Counted from the first letter of the stretch, positions 1-11,142 are shown. The stretch: 64,000 bases of DNA from Candidatus Rokuibacteriota bacterium (GCA_003221455.1 QHRX01000007.1:18580-82579), one strand, 5' to 3'. The notes: generated by a model not told the origin, from the sequence alone. Numbers and translations are program-made.

Positions 1-269
1 TCCGGCAGCCCGCGCCCGGGGCCAAGGGTCGGGTGGAGGCACCGGGCGTAGACGCAGGGCGAGTAGAACGGTGACAGATACGGATCGACGTAGTAGTGGG
101 CGTTCTGGAACGCCGCCCACGTCGCGTACACGATGAACGCGGTGAAGACGACGAAGACCGTCAGGGGCAGGACCCACCACGGGTCCTGCCGCAGGTGCGG
201 CGCGGCGATCGGCGCCCGCGCCTCGCCGGCCCCGCGTCCGCTCCGGTCCCCCAGGCTCGCGCCGATCAT
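1..269 (-). CDS. hypothetical integral membrane protein, 5' part only (gene continues beyond window start)
   Basis: Reverse-strand ATG at about 267-269 overlaps the stop of the fumarase beta gene (ATGA). Translation reads MIGASLGDRSGRGAGEARAPIAAPHLRQDPWWVLPLTVFVVFTAFIVYATWAAFQNAHYYVDPYLSPFYSPC..., with one clear hydrophobic helix. There is no stop before position 1. Confidence 0.35.
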   Translation of the reverse strand, partial: MIGASLGDRSGRGAGEARAPIAAPHLRQDPWWVLPLTVFVVFTAFIVYATWAAFQNAHYYVDPYLSPFYSPCVYARCLHPTLGPGRGLP

Positions 270-844
270 GCGTCCTCCCGTGCGAACGCCCGCACACCGT
301 CCTCGTAGAGGTCACCGCCATGGCAGTCGTTGACCACGATCGCGGGAAAGCCCTCGACCTCGAGGCGTCGGATTGCCTCGGTCCCAAGGTCCTCGTAGGC
401 GACGACCTCAAGCGCCTTCACGAACTGGGAGAGGACGGCGCCGGCGCCCCCGATCGCGCCGAAGTAGACGGCCGTGTGCCGCCGGAGCGCGTCCTTCACC
501 GCCTGGGAGCGCGCCCCCTTACCGATCGTGGCCTTCAACCCGAGCTCGAGCAGGGCCGGTGTGAACTTGTCCATGCGCCCCCCAGTGGTCGGGCCGATCG
601 ACCCCACGACCGCGCCCGGCCGCGCGGGCGAGGGCCCCGTGTAGTAGATGATCTGGCCGCGCACCTCGATCGGCAGCGGTTTGCCCTGCTCGATGAGCGG
701 GAAGAGCCGGGCGTGGGCGGCGTCCCGCGCGGTGTAGAGGACCCCGCTGATGCGGACCCGGTCCCCCGCCTTGAGCGACGCGACGTCCGCGTCGCTGAGC
801 GGCGGCGTCACCTCCTTGATTCCGTCCGCGGCGGCCTTGATCAC
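266..844 (-). CDS. class I fumarate hydratase (Fe-S hydro-lyase, tartrate/fumarate family), beta subunit
   Basis: 192-aa ORF. The pattern ...GDRVRISGVLYTARDAAHARL...GQIIYYTGPSPARPGAVVGSIGPTTGGRMD...VYFGAIGGAGAVL... is characteristic of FumB/TtdB-type beta subunits. It sits directly downstream of the alpha-subunit gene. Confidence 0.85.
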   Translation of the reverse strand: MIKAAADGIKEVTPPLSDADVASLKAGDRVRISGVLYTARDAAHARLFPLIEQGKPLPIEVRGQIIYYTGPSPARPGAVVGSIGPTTGGRMDKFTPALLELGLKATIGKGARSQAVKDALRRHTAVYFGAIGGAGAVLSQFVKALEVVAYEDLGTEAIRRLEVEGFPAIVVNDCHGGDLYEDGVRAFAREDA

Positions 845-878
845 GCGCCCCCCTCCGCCACCGGTCGACCCGGACCGG

Positions 879-1793
879 TCACAGCGTCACTTCCTTGTGG
901 CGGTGGGCGTGACATTCGATCGTGACGGCGACGGGGAGGGAGGTGATGTGGCAGGGGGCGGCGAGGATGTGGACGCCGAACGCGGTCGTGTCGCCGCCGT
1001 AGCCCTGCGGCCCGATGCCGAGCCGGTTCGCGCGCTCGAGGACCTCTCGCTCGATCGCCCCGATCGCCGGATCCGGGTTCGGGGAGCCGAGCTCACGGAA
1101 CAGCGCCTTCTTGGACAGGATCGCCGCCTTCTCGAACGTGCCCCCGACCCCGACGCCGACGATGAGCGGCGGGCACGCGTCCGGACCGGCCGTCCTGACG
1201 CACTCGAGGATCCAGCCCTTCACACCCTCGAGCCCGTCGGCCGGGGTCAGCATCTTGTACTTCGAGCGGTTCTCGCACCCCCCGCCCTTGGCCATGAGCG
1301 AGAACCTCAGGGTGGCGCCCGGCACGACGTCCACGTGGATCACGGCCGGGGTGTTGTCGCCGGTGTTCACGCGGTCAAACGGCGACCGGACGATCGAGGC
1401 CCGGAGGTAGCCCTCGGTGTACCCTTGCCGCACGCCCTCGTTGATCGCCTCGTCGAGGCCGCCTCCGGTCAGATGAACCTCCTGGCCAAGCTCGACGAAG
1501 CACACCACGACGCCCGTGTCCTGGCAGTAGGGCATCCGCTTCGTCTGCGCCATCCGGGCGTTGTCCTTCAGGGTCTGCAGCACCTGGCGGCCGGCGGCCG
1601 AGCGCTCCGTGGTGAGCGCCCGGTCGAAGGCGCGGAGCATGTCGGGCTCGAGGTCGTAGTTTGCCTCCATGCAGAGCTTCTTGATCGCGTCGACGATCGC
1701 GCTCGCGTCAACCTCGCGCAAGCCCGCCCCCCGCCGGCAGCGGCTCGGCGCCGAGCGCCCGCGCGTCGAAGTCGATCGCGGCCGCGGCGTCAC
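879..1793 (-). CDS. class I fumarate hydratase, alpha subunit (catalytic Fe-S subunit)
   Basis: The ORF contains ...IVDAIKKLCMEANYDLEPDM...MPYCQDTGVVVCFVELGQEV...FSLMAKGGGCENRSK...GVGVGGTFEKAAILSKKAL..., which is FumA/TtdA-alpha like. The true start is probably internal, near VDASAIVDAIKK, not the listed M at 1793. Confidence 0.85.
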   Translation of the reverse strand: MTPRPRSTSTRGRSAPSRCRRGAGLREVDASAIVDAIKKLCMEANYDLEPDMLRAFDRALTTERSAAGRQVLQTLKDNARMAQTKRMPYCQDTGVVVCFVELGQEVHLTGGGLDEAINEGVRQGYTEGYLRASIVRSPFDRVNTGDNTPAVIHVDVVPGATLRFSLMAKGGGCENRSKYKMLTPADGLEGVKGWILECVRTAGPDACPPLIVGVGVGGTFEKAAILSKKALFRELGSPNPDPAIGAIEREVLERANRLGIGPQGYGGDTTAFGVHILAAPCHITSLPVAVTIECHAHRHKEVTL

Positions 1794-1921
1794 GTGCGAC
1801 CAGCGACGGCGTCACGGTGTGGCAGCCGCGGGGGACCGCCCCCGCCCCCTTCACCGGGCGCGACGTGTTCGACGCCGCGCGCCCAGGAGCTCGGGCCGCC
1901 TTCCTCATAGGTCAGTCTCCC

Positions 1922-2854
1922 TTACAGTTTCAGCTTCTCGACCAGCTCGCGCACCGCCGCCGCCGAGCGCTGGAACGCCGCGTTCTCCTCGGCCGTGAGC
2001 GTGATCTCGACGACCTGCTCCACGCCCGCCCGGCCGAGTTTCACCGGCACGCCGACGTAGAGCCCCCGGACACCGTACTGGCCGGTCAGGTAGGCGGCGC
2101 ACGGGACGATCTTCTTTTTGTCTTTGAGGATCGCCTCGACCATCTCGACGGTGGCGGCGCCCGGTGCGTAGTACGCGCTCCCCGACTTGAGGAGGTTGAC
2201 GATCTCGGCGCCGCCGCCGGCCGTCCGCCTGACCAGCGCGTCGATTTTTTCTCGGGGCAAGAGTTCGGTGACGGGGATGCCCGCCACGGTCGAGTAGCGC
2301 GGCAGCGGCACCATCGTGTCCCCATGCCCGCCGAGCACGAACGCGGTGACGTTCTCGACTGACACCCCGAGCTCTTGGGCGATGAACGCCCGAAAGCGCG
2401 CCGAGTCGAGGAGGCCGGCCATGCCGATCACGCGCTCGGGGAGGAACCCGGACTTCTTCCAGGCGAGTTGGACCATCGCGTCCAGCGGGTTCGTGACCAG
2501 GATGAGGATGGCGTGCGGCGAGCGCTGGACGGTCTGCTCGACCACGCTGCCGACGATCTCGGCATTCTTGAACAGGAGGTCGTCGCGGGTCATCCCCGGC
2601 TTCCGCGCGAACCCCGCCGTGATCACGACCACGTCAGAGTCGGCGGTGCCGTCGTAGGCGTTGGCGCCGGTGAGGCGCGCGTCGTAGCCGCGGAGCGGGC
2701 CCGCCTGGGCGAGGTCGAGGGCCTTGCCCTGCGGCACACCCTCGATGACGTCGACGAGGACAACGTCGCCAAGCTCGCGCTCGACCGCGTACTGCGCGAC
2801 CGTGGCGCCCACGCTGCCGGCGCCGACCACCGTGATCTTCGGCCGGGCGGCCAT
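1922..2854 (-). CDS. mdh: malate dehydrogenase (LDH-like, NAD-dependent)
   Basis: The internal start [18 protein letters not shown] gives a GxGxxG Rossmann motif; ...[17 protein letters not shown]...[17 protein letters not shown]...[10 protein letters not shown]... matches the Mdh/Ldh family. I trimmed the listed ORF 1922..3220 because its N-terminal extension overlaps icd. The ATG at 2852-2854 overlaps the icd stop (ATGA). Confidence 0.9.
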   Translation of the reverse strand: MAARPKITVVGAGSVGATVAQYAVERELGDVVLVDVIEGVPQGKALDLAQAGPLRGYDARLTGANAYDGTADSDVVVITAGFARKPGMTRDDLLFKNAEIVGSVVEQTVQRSPHAILILVTNPLDAMVQLAWKKSGFLPERVIGMAGLLDSARFRAFIAQELGVSVENVTAFVLGGHGDTMVPLPRYSTVAGIPVTELLPREKIDALVRRTAGGGAEIVNLLKSGSAYYAPGAATVEMVEAILKDKKKIVPCAAYLTGQYGVRGLYVGVPVKLGRAGVEQVVEITLTAEENAAFQRSAAAVRELVEKLKL

Positions 2855-4116
2855 CAGAGCGTCCCCATGTTCGCGACGATCGCGGTGCCGAACTCCGAGG
2901 TCTTGACCTCGCGCGCGCCCTCCATCAGCCGGGCGAGGTCGTAGGTCACGACCCTCTGGCCGATCGTCCGCTCGAGGCCCGCGACGATCCGGTCGGCGGC
3001 CTCGGTCCAGCCCATGTAGCGCAGCATCATCTCGCCGGACAGGATCACCGAACCAGGGTTCACCTTGTCCTGGCCGGCGTACTTCGGCGCGGTGCCGTGG
3101 GTGGCCTCGAAGAGGGCGTGCCCGCTCTCGTAGTTGATGTTGGCGCCGGGCGCGATCCCGATCCCCCCCACCTGGGCGGCGAGGGCGTCGGAGAGGAGAT
3201 CGCCGGTCAAGTTGCAGCACGGCACGACGTCGAACTCGTCAGGGCGCGTGAGGATCTGCTGGAGAAAGGCGTCCGTGATCGCGTCCTTCACCAGGATCTT
3301 CCCGGCCGGCGGCTTGCCGCCGCACTCCTCCCACGCGACCAGCCGGTCGGAGAACTCGCGCTTGGCCAGCGCGTAGCCCCACTTCATGAACATGCCTTCC
3401 GTGTACTTCTGGATGTTGCCCTTGTGGACGAGCGTCACGTTGCGTCGGTTGGCCTCGACGGCGTAGCGGTACGCGGCGCGGATCAGCCGCTCGGATCCCT
3501 CCTTCGAGACCGGCTTGATCCCAATCGAGGACGTCTCGGGGAACCGGATATTCCGGACGCCCATCTCCTGCCGGAGGAAGCGGACGACCTTCGTCGCCTC
3601 GGGCGTACCCTGCTCCCACTCGATCCCGGCGTAGATGTCCTCCGTGTTCTCGCGGAAGATCACCATGTCGACCTTCTCGGGGTGCTTGACCGGCGACGGC
3701 ACGCCGACGAAGTACCGAACGGGCCGGAGGCAGACGTACAGGTCCAGCTCCTGGCGGAGGGTCACGTTGAGCGAGCGGAACCCCTCGCCGACCGGGGTCG
3801 TCAGCGGTCCCTTGATCGCCACGAGGTACTCGCGGATCACGTCGAGCGTCTCCGGCGGCAGTAGGTTCGGCGGACACTCGGCGCCGTAGACCCGCCGGGC
3901 CTTTTCACCCGCGTAGGTCTCCACCCACGCGATCTTGCGCTTGCCGTGATAGGTCTGGGCGACCGCGGCGTCCAGCACGCGGACGGCCGCGCGCCAGATG
4001 TCGGGGCCGGTGCCATCGCCCTCGATGAACGCGACGACGGGATGGTCCGGCACGACGAGCTTGCCGTGCGTGAGCGTGACCTTGTCGCCGGCCGGGACCG
4101 TCACCTTCCCTGGCAT
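2854..4116 (-). CDS. icd: NADP-dependent isocitrate dehydrogenase
   Basis: ...[13 protein letters not shown]...[19 protein letters not shown]...[28 protein letters not shown]... are hallmark IDH motifs. I chose the start at [10 protein letters not shown], which is preceded by a GAGGAAGG ribosome-binding site. The listed ORF extends to 4197. Confidence 0.9.
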   Translation of the reverse strand: MPGKVTVPAGDKVTLTHGKLVVPDHPVVAFIEGDGTGPDIWRAAVRVLDAAVAQTYHGKRKIAWVETYAGEKARRVYGAECPPNLLPPETLDVIREYLVAIKGPLTTPVGEGFRSLNVTLRQELDLYVCLRPVRYFVGVPSPVKHPEKVDMVIFRENTEDIYAGIEWEQGTPEATKVVRFLRQEMGVRNIRFPETSSIGIKPVSKEGSERLIRAAYRYAVEANRRNVTLVHKGNIQKYTEGMFMKWGYALAKREFSDRLVAWEECGGKPPAGKILVKDAITDAFLQQILTRPDEFDVVPCCNLTGDLLSDALAAQVGGIGIAPGANINYESGHALFEATHGTAPKYAGQDKVNPGSVILSGEMMLRYMGWTEAADRIVAGLERTIGQRVVTYDLARLMEGAREVKTSEFGTAIVANMGTL

Positions 4117-4157
4117 CTGAGCCCTTCCTCTGGCCGAATCATGGGTGGTCGCGGCGC

Positions 4158-6419
4158 CTACTTGACCGCGTTGAGCGCCGAACCGGCCTTGAACCATCCG
4201 AGCTGCTCCTCGGTGAAGCTGTGGGCAGTCCGGATCGCCTCCGTAGCCCCGTCGGACCGCGTGATGACGACCGTGACGGGGGCCCCCGGCGCCAGGCGCC
4301 CGAGGCCGGTGACGCTCACCCGATCGGTCTCGCCGAAGCGGTCGTAGTCGGCGGGATCGGCGAACGTCAGCGGCAGGATCCCCTGCTTCTTCAGATTCGT
4401 CTCGTGGATGCGCGCGAAGCTCCGCGCGATCACCGCCCGACAGCCGAGATACCGCGGCGACATCGCCGCGTGCTCGCGGCTCGAGCCCTCGCCATAGTTC
4501 TCGTCGCCGATCACCACCCAGCCGACGCCCCGGGCCTTGTAGTCACGGGCGATCTTGGCGAACGGCACGCCCCGCTCGCCCGTCAGCAGGTTGAGCCCCT
4601 TGCCCGTCTCACCGGTGAACGCGTTGACGGCGCCGAGGAACATGTTGTCGCTGATGCGGTCGAGGTGGCCGCGGTAGAGGAGCCACCGGCCCGCGGGCGA
4701 GATGTGGTCGGTCGTCGTCTTGCCCTTGGTCTTGACCAGGATCGGCAGGCCGAGAAAGTCCTTGCCGTCCCAGGCGGGAAACGGCTGGAGGATCTGCAGG
4801 CGCTCGCTCCCGGCCGGGATCTCGACCTGCACGCGCTCGCCGTCCTCCGCCGGCGGCTCGTACCCTTCCGCGCCCCGCACGAAGCCGTCCCGCGGGAGCG
4901 CCTCCGCCTCGGGCGGCGCGAAGCGCACCGGCCGCCCGTCCGGGCCCGGAAGGGTACCGTGGACGGGGTCGAAGTCGAGGGTGCCCGCGAACGCCAGCGC
5001 CGTCACGATCTCCGGGCTCGTCAGGAACGACAGCGTCGCCGCGCTCCCGTCGTTGCGGCCCGGGAAGTTCCGGTTGAAGGACGAGACGATCGTGTTCGTC
5101 TCCTCGCGTCCCACATCCGAGCGCTTCCACTGTCCGATACACGGCCCGCAGGCGTTGGCCAGCACCGTCCCGCCCATCTTCTGGAACGTGTCGATGATGC
5201 CGTCGCGCTTGATCGTCTGGTAGATGCGCTCGGAGCCCGGCGTGATCAGGAACGGGATCTTCGCGCGGAGCCCCGCCGTCATTCCCTGCTGGGCGATGTG
5301 CGCCGCTCGGCGCATGTCCTCGTACGAGGAGTTCGTGCAGGAGCCGATGAGCGCGTTCTTGATCTGGAGCGGCCAGCCGTTTTGCCGCGCCTCCCCCGCG
5401 AGCCGCGAGATCGGCCGGTCGCGATCCGGAGAGTGCGGGCCGACCACGTGCGGCTCGAGTTGGTCGAGGTCGATCTCGACGATCTCGTCGTAGAAGCGCT
5501 TGGGATCCTCGAGGACCGCGGGATCCGCGACGAGGTGCTCGGCATGTCTATCGGCCAGCGCCGCCACGTCGGCGCGGTCGGTGGCGCGCAGGTAGGTGGC
5601 CATGGGCCCGTCGTACGGGAAGACGGAGGTGGTCGCGCCCAGCTCCGCTCCCATGTTGCAGATCGTGCCCTTGCCGGTGGCGCTGATCGATTCGGCGCCG
5701 GGGCCGAAGTACTCGACGATCTTGTTGGTCCCGCCCTTCACGGTCAAGACGCCGCAGAGGTACGTGATGACGTCCTTGGGCGACGTCCAGCCGTGCAACG
5801 TGCCGGTCAGGCGGACCCCGATCAGCTTCGGGTGCAGAACCTCCCACGGGAGCCCCGCCATCACCTCGCCCGCGTCCGCGCCGCCGACGCCGATCGCGAG
5901 CATGCCGAGGCCGCCCGCATTCGGCGTGTGCGAGTCGGTGCCAATCATGAGGCCGCCGGGGAACGCGTAGGTCTCGAGCACGACCTGGTGGATGATCCCC
6001 GAGCCCGGCCGCCAGAAGCCGATACCGTACTTGCGCGAGGCGGAGCGGAGGAAGTTATAGACCTCATTGTTCTCGGTAATGGCGCGCTTCATGTCCTCGG
6101 AGGCACCGCTCTCGGCGCGGATCAGATGGTCGCAGTGCACCGTCGACGGCACCGTGACCTTCTTCCTGCCCGATTGCATGAACTGCAGCAGCGCCATCTG
6201 CCCGGTCGCGTCCTGCATGGCCACGCGGTCCACGCGGAGCCGGAGCTGGGCTCGCCCCCGCTCCCACGCCTGGGTATCGAAGTTGAGGCTATGGACGACG
6301 AGGATCTTCTCGGCGAGGGTGAGCTCGCGCCCGAGCTTCCGCCGCGCCTGGGCGAGCCGATCCGGCATCGAGGCGTACAGGGCTTGGAGCTCGGGCGCCG
6401 CCATCCAGGCCTCCTTCAC
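4158..6419 (-). CDS. acnA: aconitate hydratase (AcnA/IRP-type)
   Basis: 753-aa ORF with ...[17 protein letters not shown]...[24 protein letters not shown]...[12 protein letters not shown]...[10 protein letters not shown]...[11 protein letters not shown]..., which are the aconitase Fe-S cluster ligand motifs. Confidence 0.9.
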   Translation of the reverse strand: MKEAWMAAPELQALYASMPDRLAQARRKLGRELTLAEKILVVHSLNFDTQAWERGRAQLRLRVDRVAMQDATGQMALLQFMQSGRKKVTVPSTVHCDHLIRAESGASEDMKRAITENNEVYNFLRSASRKYGIGFWRPGSGIIHQVVLETYAFPGGLMIGTDSHTPNAGGLGMLAIGVGGADAGEVMAGLPWEVLHPKLIGVRLTGTLHGWTSPKDVITYLCGVLTVKGGTNKIVEYFGPGAESISATGKGTICNMGAELGATTSVFPYDGPMATYLRATDRADVAALADRHAEHLVADPAVLEDPKRFYDEIVEIDLDQLEPHVVGPHSPDRDRPISRLAGEARQNGWPLQIKNALIGSCTNSSYEDMRRAAHIAQQGMTAGLRAKIPFLITPGSERIYQTIKRDGIIDTFQKMGGTVLANACGPCIGQWKRSDVGREETNTIVSSFNRNFPGRNDGSAATLSFLTSPEIVTALAFAGTLDFDPVHGTLPGPDGRPVRFAPPEAEALPRDGFVRGAEGYEPPAEDGERVQVEIPAGSERLQILQPFPAWDGKDFLGLPILVKTKGKTTTDHISPAGRWLLYRGHLDRISDNMFLGAVNAFTGETGKGLNLLTGERGVPFAKIARDYKARGVGWVVIGDENYGEGSSREHAAMSPRYLGCRAVIARSFARIHETNLKKQGILPLTFADPADYDRFGETDRVSVTGLGRLAPGAPVTVVITRSDGATEAIRTAHSFTEEQLGWFKAGSALNAVK

Positions 6420-6895
6420 GGGTCGTCCCGACGCAGGGCAAAAATATCGCCCCCCATCTGGTGAGACAGGAGGCGAGCGAAATCAAATCACTCTACTCTC
6501 CGGCCGAGTTGCGTGTCAATTCGACGCATCGACTCAGAACTGAGGTTACCGAAGGGCGGGGCTATCGATCAGGCGCGGTTACCAACTGCACCGCGGGGGG
6601 GCCCGTGACGCGGGCCGTCGAGCATCGACATCCGTCACGCGCCGGGGACCAGCCCGCGGGAACCTGGTCCTCCTCCCGGCGGGAGGGAACCCGCGGCGGC
6701 GATAGGCCAGCGCTCGACGATCCCGAGGACCGCGTGCCGCGCGGCCCTTCCCCGAGCGATCAGGCGGGGACGAAGCGACGCCCGCAAGCGTCGCCGCCGA
6801 CCCGAGCCCCGTCGCGGCCTCGGTCTCGACGCGCCGGCGGGCGCGCCGTGCCGGTCGGCGCCGGCCGTCCCCGCCCGACCGCGCGCCGGCGGGCA

Positions 6896-8944
6896 TCAGT
6901 GCTTCTCGGCCTTTTCCTTTTCGGCCCGCGCGTCCTTGATGATCTTCTCGGCGAGGAACGCGGGCAGCTCCTCGTAGTGCGAGAACTCCATCGCGTACGC
7001 CCCGCGCCCGCCCGTCATCGAGCGGAGAGCCGGCTCGTAGTTCAGCATCTCCGCCATCGGCACCTGGGCGCGGACGGCCGCGGTCTCCCCGGCCGGCTCC
7101 ATACCGACGATGCGGCCGCGGCGGCCGTTGATGTCGCCGATCACGTCCCCGGCCTGCTCGGCGGGACCGGTCACCTCCACGTTCATGATCGGCTCGAGCA
7201 GGATCGGATGCGCCTCCATGAAGCCCTTTTGGAGCGCCATCGAGCCGGCGATCTGGAAGGCCATGTCGGAGGAATCCACCTCGTGATACGAGCCGTCGTA
7301 GAGGGCGACCTTGAGGTCGACGACGGGGTACCCCGCCAGGATCCCCTTCTTCATGCAGTCGCGGACGCCCTTCTCGACGGAGGGGATGTAGTTGCGCGGC
7401 ACGGAGCCGCCGAAGATCTCGTCGACGAATTCGAAGCCCGCCGAGCGCGACAGCGGCTCGACCCGAAGCCAGACGTCGCCGTACTGGCCGCGGCCGCCCG
7501 TCTGCTTCTTGTACTTCCCCTGCACCTCGGCTCGTCCCTTGACCGTCTCCTTGTAGGGCACGCGCGGCGGCAGCAGGTTGACGTCGACGTTGTACTTTCG
7601 CTTCATCCGCTCGACGGCGACCTCGACGTGCATCTGGCCCACACCGGCCACGATGAGCTGCTTCGTCTCAGGGTCGTAGCGCGAGTGCAGGGTCGGGTCT
7701 TCCTCTGACATCCGATGCAGCGCGTTGCTGATCTTGTCCTCGTCGCCGCGCGTCTTGGGCTGGATCGCGAACGACATCGACGGCTCGGGGAACTCGATCC
7801 TCGGGAGCGCGAATGGGTGCGCCTCGTCGGCGAGGGTGTCGCCGGTGAGCGTCTCCTTGAGCTTCGCCGCGACCCCGATCTCGCCGGGGCCGAGCGTCTC
7901 CACGTTCTTCTGGGTCTTGCCCTGCAGCCACGCGACGTGGCCGAGGCGCTCCCTGACGCCCCGCGTGACGTTCAAGAGTTGGGAGTCGGCGGTCAGGGTT
8001 CCCGCGCAGACGCGGAACAGCGAGAGCTTGCCGACGTGGGGATCGGACAGGGTCTTGAACACGAGCGCCGTCATGGGGGCCTTCGGGTCGGGCCCCCGCC
8101 GGGCGGTCTGCTTCGTCCGGAGGTCCGTCCCCTCCACCTCGCCTCGGTCGAGCGGCGAGGGGAAGGACTCAACGATCAGGTCGAGCAGCCCCTGGGCGCC
8201 GATGCTCTTGGTCGCCGAGGCACAGAGGACCGGCACGAGCGTGCCCGCCATGATGCCGGCACGGAGGGCACGGGTCAGCTCCGCCTCGCCGAGGGTGCCC
8301 TCCTCGAGATACTTGTTGAGCAGCTCGTCGTCAGTCTCGGCCACCGCCTCGATCAGCTTCTCCCGCGACTCCCGGGCTTGGTCGGCGACCGCCGCGGGAA
8401 CGTCCTTCATGCGCACGAGGTCGACGACACCGGTGAACGCCCCCTCGGCGCCGATCGGGATCTGCACCGGGACGAGCCGTCCCTTCAGCCGTTTGCCGAG
8501 CGACTCGAGCGTCCGGAAGAAGTCCGCGCGCTCGCGGTCGAGTCGGTTGACGACGACCGCGCGCGGCAGCTCGTACTCGGTCGCGAACTTCCACACTCGC
8601 TCGGTCTGCACCTGCACCCCGGCCACGGCGTCCACGACGACCACCGCGCCCTCGACCACCCGCAGCCCGGCGCGCGCCTCCGAGATGAAGTCGCCGTAGC
8701 CGGGCGTGTCGACCAGGTTGATCCTGTGTCCCTTGTAGTCACCGTAGGCCACGCTCAGGTTGAGGGAGATCTTCCGCTTGATCTCGTCGGGATCGAAATC
8801 GCCGGTGGTGGTGCCGTCGTCGACCCGGCCGAGCCTCGTCACCGCACCGACCGAGAAGAGCAACGCTTCGACGAGGGAGGTCTTGCCGACGCCGCCGTGG
8901 CCGACGAAGCCGACGTTGCGTATCCTGGCGCAATCGATGGCCAT
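6896..8944 (-). CDS. elongation factor G paralog (EF-G2-type translational GTPase)
   Basis: G1-G4 motifs are present: GFVGHGGVGKTSL, DTPGYGDF and NRLDRE, followed by EF-G domains II-V. The start is placed at MAIDCARIRN; the listed ORF extends to 8983. Confidence 0.85.
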   Translation of the reverse strand: MAIDCARIRNVGFVGHGGVGKTSLVEALLFSVGAVTRLGRVDDGTTTGDFDPDEIKRKISLNLSVAYGDYKGHRINLVDTPGYGDFISEARAGLRVVEGAVVVVDAVAGVQVQTERVWKFATEYELPRAVVVNRLDRERADFFRTLESLGKRLKGRLVPVQIPIGAEGAFTGVVDLVRMKDVPAAVADQARESREKLIEAVAETDDELLNKYLEEGTLGEAELTRALRAGIMAGTLVPVLCASATKSIGAQGLLDLIVESFPSPLDRGEVEGTDLRTKQTARRGPDPKAPMTALVFKTLSDPHVGKLSLFRVCAGTLTADSQLLNVTRGVRERLGHVAWLQGKTQKNVETLGPGEIGVAAKLKETLTGDTLADEAHPFALPRIEFPEPSMSFAIQPKTRGDEDKISNALHRMSEEDPTLHSRYDPETKQLIVAGVGQMHVEVAVERMKRKYNVDVNLLPPRVPYKETVKGRAEVQGKYKKQTGGRGQYGDVWLRVEPLSRSAGFEFVDEIFGGSVPRNYIPSVEKGVRDCMKKGILAGYPVVDLKVALYDGSYHEVDSSDMAFQIAGSMALQKGFMEAHPILLEPIMNVEVTGPAEQAGDVIGDINGRRGRIVGMEPAGETAAVRAQVPMAEMLNYEPALRSMTGGRGAYAMEFSHYEELPAFLAEKIIKDARAEKEKAEKH

Positions 8945-9022
8945 GCCCGCCTCCTGGACCGAAGGTGCGACCCATGCTATCACACGGCCGCGGACGGGGG
9001 CTACGGGCGGCGCGCTCCTGCG

Positions 9023-10201
9023 CTACTGCTTCTCCTGCCGTCGCTGCTGGAGGGCCCGGAGCAGGCGCTCGGCCTGCTCGATGTTCTTCCGAGCTTCGGC
9101 GTGAGTCGGGTCGTACTCAAGCACGGCCCGCCACTTTCCGATCGCACCCTGGAGGTTCTCGTCCCGGTAGAGACGGATCCCTTCCTGGTAGAGGTCCTGG
9201 ATCAGACGACCTCTGATCTGCTCCCGAAGGGCGGCCGAGTCGAGGTACTTCGGGTCGAGCTTGGCGAGATCCGAGAGGACCCGGTAGGAGCCGGCGTACC
9301 GCCCGGCGTCGAGCTGGGACTTCCCGTAGCGGTAGAGGATCGTCTTCTTGAGCTCGACGCCCTCGGCGGATCCCGGGCTGTCGCCGAGCAGCTTGTCGAC
9401 GTCGGAGAGGGCGACGTCGAACTCCTGCGTCTCGAGCGCCTCGCGGGCATCGGCCAGCAGCGGGTTCACCTCCACGGCCTCGCCGCCGGGCGCGGCCTCC
9501 CCGGGCCCCCCCGCGTCCTTGGGCGCTTCCGACCCCGCCGGCGGGGCCAGCAACGGCACGCCGGGGAGCTCCGGAATCCTCAGCGCCGTCCCCGCCGCGA
9601 GCTTGGGATTCTCCGGCAGCCGGTTGGCCTCCGCGAGCATCCCGCTGCGGGCATGATCGCCGTAGTAGTGCTGGGCGATCGTCTCGAGAGTCTCTCCGGT
9701 CCGGACGGTGTGGGTGACCGATCGAAAGGCTCCCGCGTCGGTGCGGAGCGCGTCGAACGCCTCTCGGTTGGCGGGGTCGAGCGCGAGTACCGCCAGGAAC
9801 TGCCGTCGGGCCTCGAACGGCGCCGCCCGCTTGAGCGCCTCCCGCCCCTGCCGCAACCGGTCGGCGACCGTCTGCTCGAGCTGCGCCGCGAGCTTCGTCC
9901 GGCCCGCCTTGGCCGCGGGATCGTCGGGCGCGATGGTGAGCGCGACCTCCCACTCCTCGAGGGCACCGCGGAGGTCGCCGCGTTGCTCGAGCACCGCCGC
10001 ACGATGCCGGTGCTGGGCGACCAGCGTCGCCAGGCGGGTCGGTGAGGGCGCGGGCGCGGGTGCGAGGAACGCGCAGGCGCCGAGAATCACTGGAAGCCCC
10101 AGCAGCAGCCAGCGTCTCGCCCTCACCGGATCTCCTCCTCGTGCAAGACCGTGAGGTTGCGGGCGAACTCCTCGAGGGTCATGTCCGAGTAGATCTGGCA
10201 C
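9023..10201 (-). CDS. secreted TPR-repeat protein with a LysM domain
   Basis: There is a signal-peptide-like segment RRWLLLGLPVILGACAFLAPAP and a LysM signature HTVRTGETLETIAQHYYGD...LAEANRL. TPR-like helical repeats follow. The start is uncertain and may lie near 10129. Confidence 0.55.
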   Translation of the reverse strand: MPDLLGHDPRGVRPQPHGLARGGDPVRARRWLLLGLPVILGACAFLAPAPAPSPTRLATLVAQHRHRAAVLEQRGDLRGALEEWEVALTIAPDDPAAKAGRTKLAAQLEQTVADRLRQGREALKRAAPFEARRQFLAVLALDPANREAFDALRTDAGAFRSVTHTVRTGETLETIAQHYYGDHARSGMLAEANRLPENPKLAAGTALRIPELPGVPLLAPPAGSEAPKDAGGPGEAAPGGEAVEVNPLLADAREALETQEFDVALSDVDKLLGDSPGSAEGVELKKTILYRYGKSQLDAGRYAGSYRVLSDLAKLDPKYLDSAALREQIRGRLIQDLYQEGIRLYRDENLQGAIGKWRAVLEYDPTHAEARKNIEQAERLLRALQQRRQEKQ

Positions 10202-11130
10202 CGGTCGAGCATGAGCGGATCCCCGAACGACGGGTTTGCTTCCCGGTGCACGGAGAAGGCGGCGACGTACCCGGATTCCTTGACCTGCTCGACCAGCGCG
10301 GCGTCGTACCCCCCGTAGGGATAGGCCAAGATGCGCGGGGTCAGGCCGAGCTGCCGCTGGAAGGACGCGATCGGATCCCGCAGCTCTGCCTGCATGCGGC
10401 GCGCATACTGCTCGCCCGTCTCCGCGGGCGCTCGGCGCAGGTCCCCGTGACTCTTCGAGTGCGCCTCGACCTCGAAGCCCTCGCCGGCCAGGCGCCGCAG
10501 GTCATCCCATCCGAGCGCATTCCGTCCGGTGCCCACGTAGTCCGTGTAGACGAAGAGCGTCGCCGTGAACCCCAGCTCCTTCAGGACCGGATAGGCGTAG
10601 AGGAGAAACGACTTGTAGCCGTCGTCGAAGCTCAGGACCACGCTCCGGCGGGGGAGTTGCCGGCCGAGCGAGGTGAACGCGATCAGGTCGGCCAGCCTCA
10701 CCACGCGATACCCCTTGGCCTTCAGGTATCGCATCTGCTCGGCGAACGCGCCGGCGGCGATCACGAGCCGCCCCCGCGCCTGCGGCGCGAGCCCGTGATA
10801 GACGAGCACCGGGACCAGCTGATAGCCGGCGGGGAAGACGCCCCTCGCGTTCCAGTCGCGCTTCGGGATCACGACTTCCTGCCCGGGGGCCAGGTCCCGA
10901 GCGTCGTTGTAGTCCTCGATCATCCACGCCTTGGCCGGGTCACCCAGGAAGGTCGCGGCCAGGCTCTCCGGCGTGTCCCCCGGCTGGGCGAGGACCACGA
11001 CGAAGTCGCGTGACTCGAAGTTCCGGGGGCGAGACCCGATGCGAAACTTCGCCGGGAGCATGGAACACGCGCCCAGCACGATCAGGGCGCCGCCGGCGGC
11101 GAGGAGCCGCGCGAGAGTGCGTCGGTCCAT
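10123..11130 (-). CDS. polysaccharide deacetylase (NodB-homology) lipoprotein with N-terminal LysM-like region
   Basis: The signal and lipobox read LIVLGAC. The NodB-type core is ...VLSFDDGYKSF...TLFVYTDYVG..., and the gene ends ...HSKSHGDL. Confidence 0.75.
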   Translation of the reverse strand: MDRRTLARLLAAGGALIVLGACSMLPAKFRIGSRPRNFESRDFVVVLAQPGDTPESLAATFLGDPAKAWMIEDYNDARDLAPGQEVVIPKRDWNARGVFPAGYQLVPVLVYHGLAPQARGRLVIAAGAFAEQMRYLKAKGYRVVRLADLIAFTSLGRQLPRRSVVLSFDDGYKSFLLYAYPVLKELGFTATLFVYTDYVGTGRNALGWDDLRRLAGEGFEVEAHSKSHGDLRRAPAETGEQYARRMQAELRDPIASFQRQLGLTPRILAYPYGGYDAALVEQVKESGYVAAFSVHREANPSFGDPLMLDRCQIYSDMTLEEFARNLTVLHEEEIR

Positions 11131-11142
11131 CGACGCGGCCCC

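Noticed and set aside
1922-3220. N-terminal extensions of listed ORFs (mdh to 3220, icd to 4197, hpnH to 20234, hpnG to 18901, hpnA to 17882, SDR to 53898, and others)
   Set aside because: The extensions are low-complexity and overlap upstream genes. Internal ATG/GTG starts coincide with family N-termini and produce ATGA/GTGA stop-start overlaps with the preceding gene.
320-10045. Long ORFs antisense to or overlapping the TCA/EF-G genes (for example 320..925+, 750..1910+, 4221..6464+, 7715..10045+)
   Set aside because: They are Arg/Pro/Gly/Ala-rich with no recognisable domains, and they exactly shadow well-supported genes on the other strand. This is the typical stop-codon-poor antisense frame of about 70% GC DNA.
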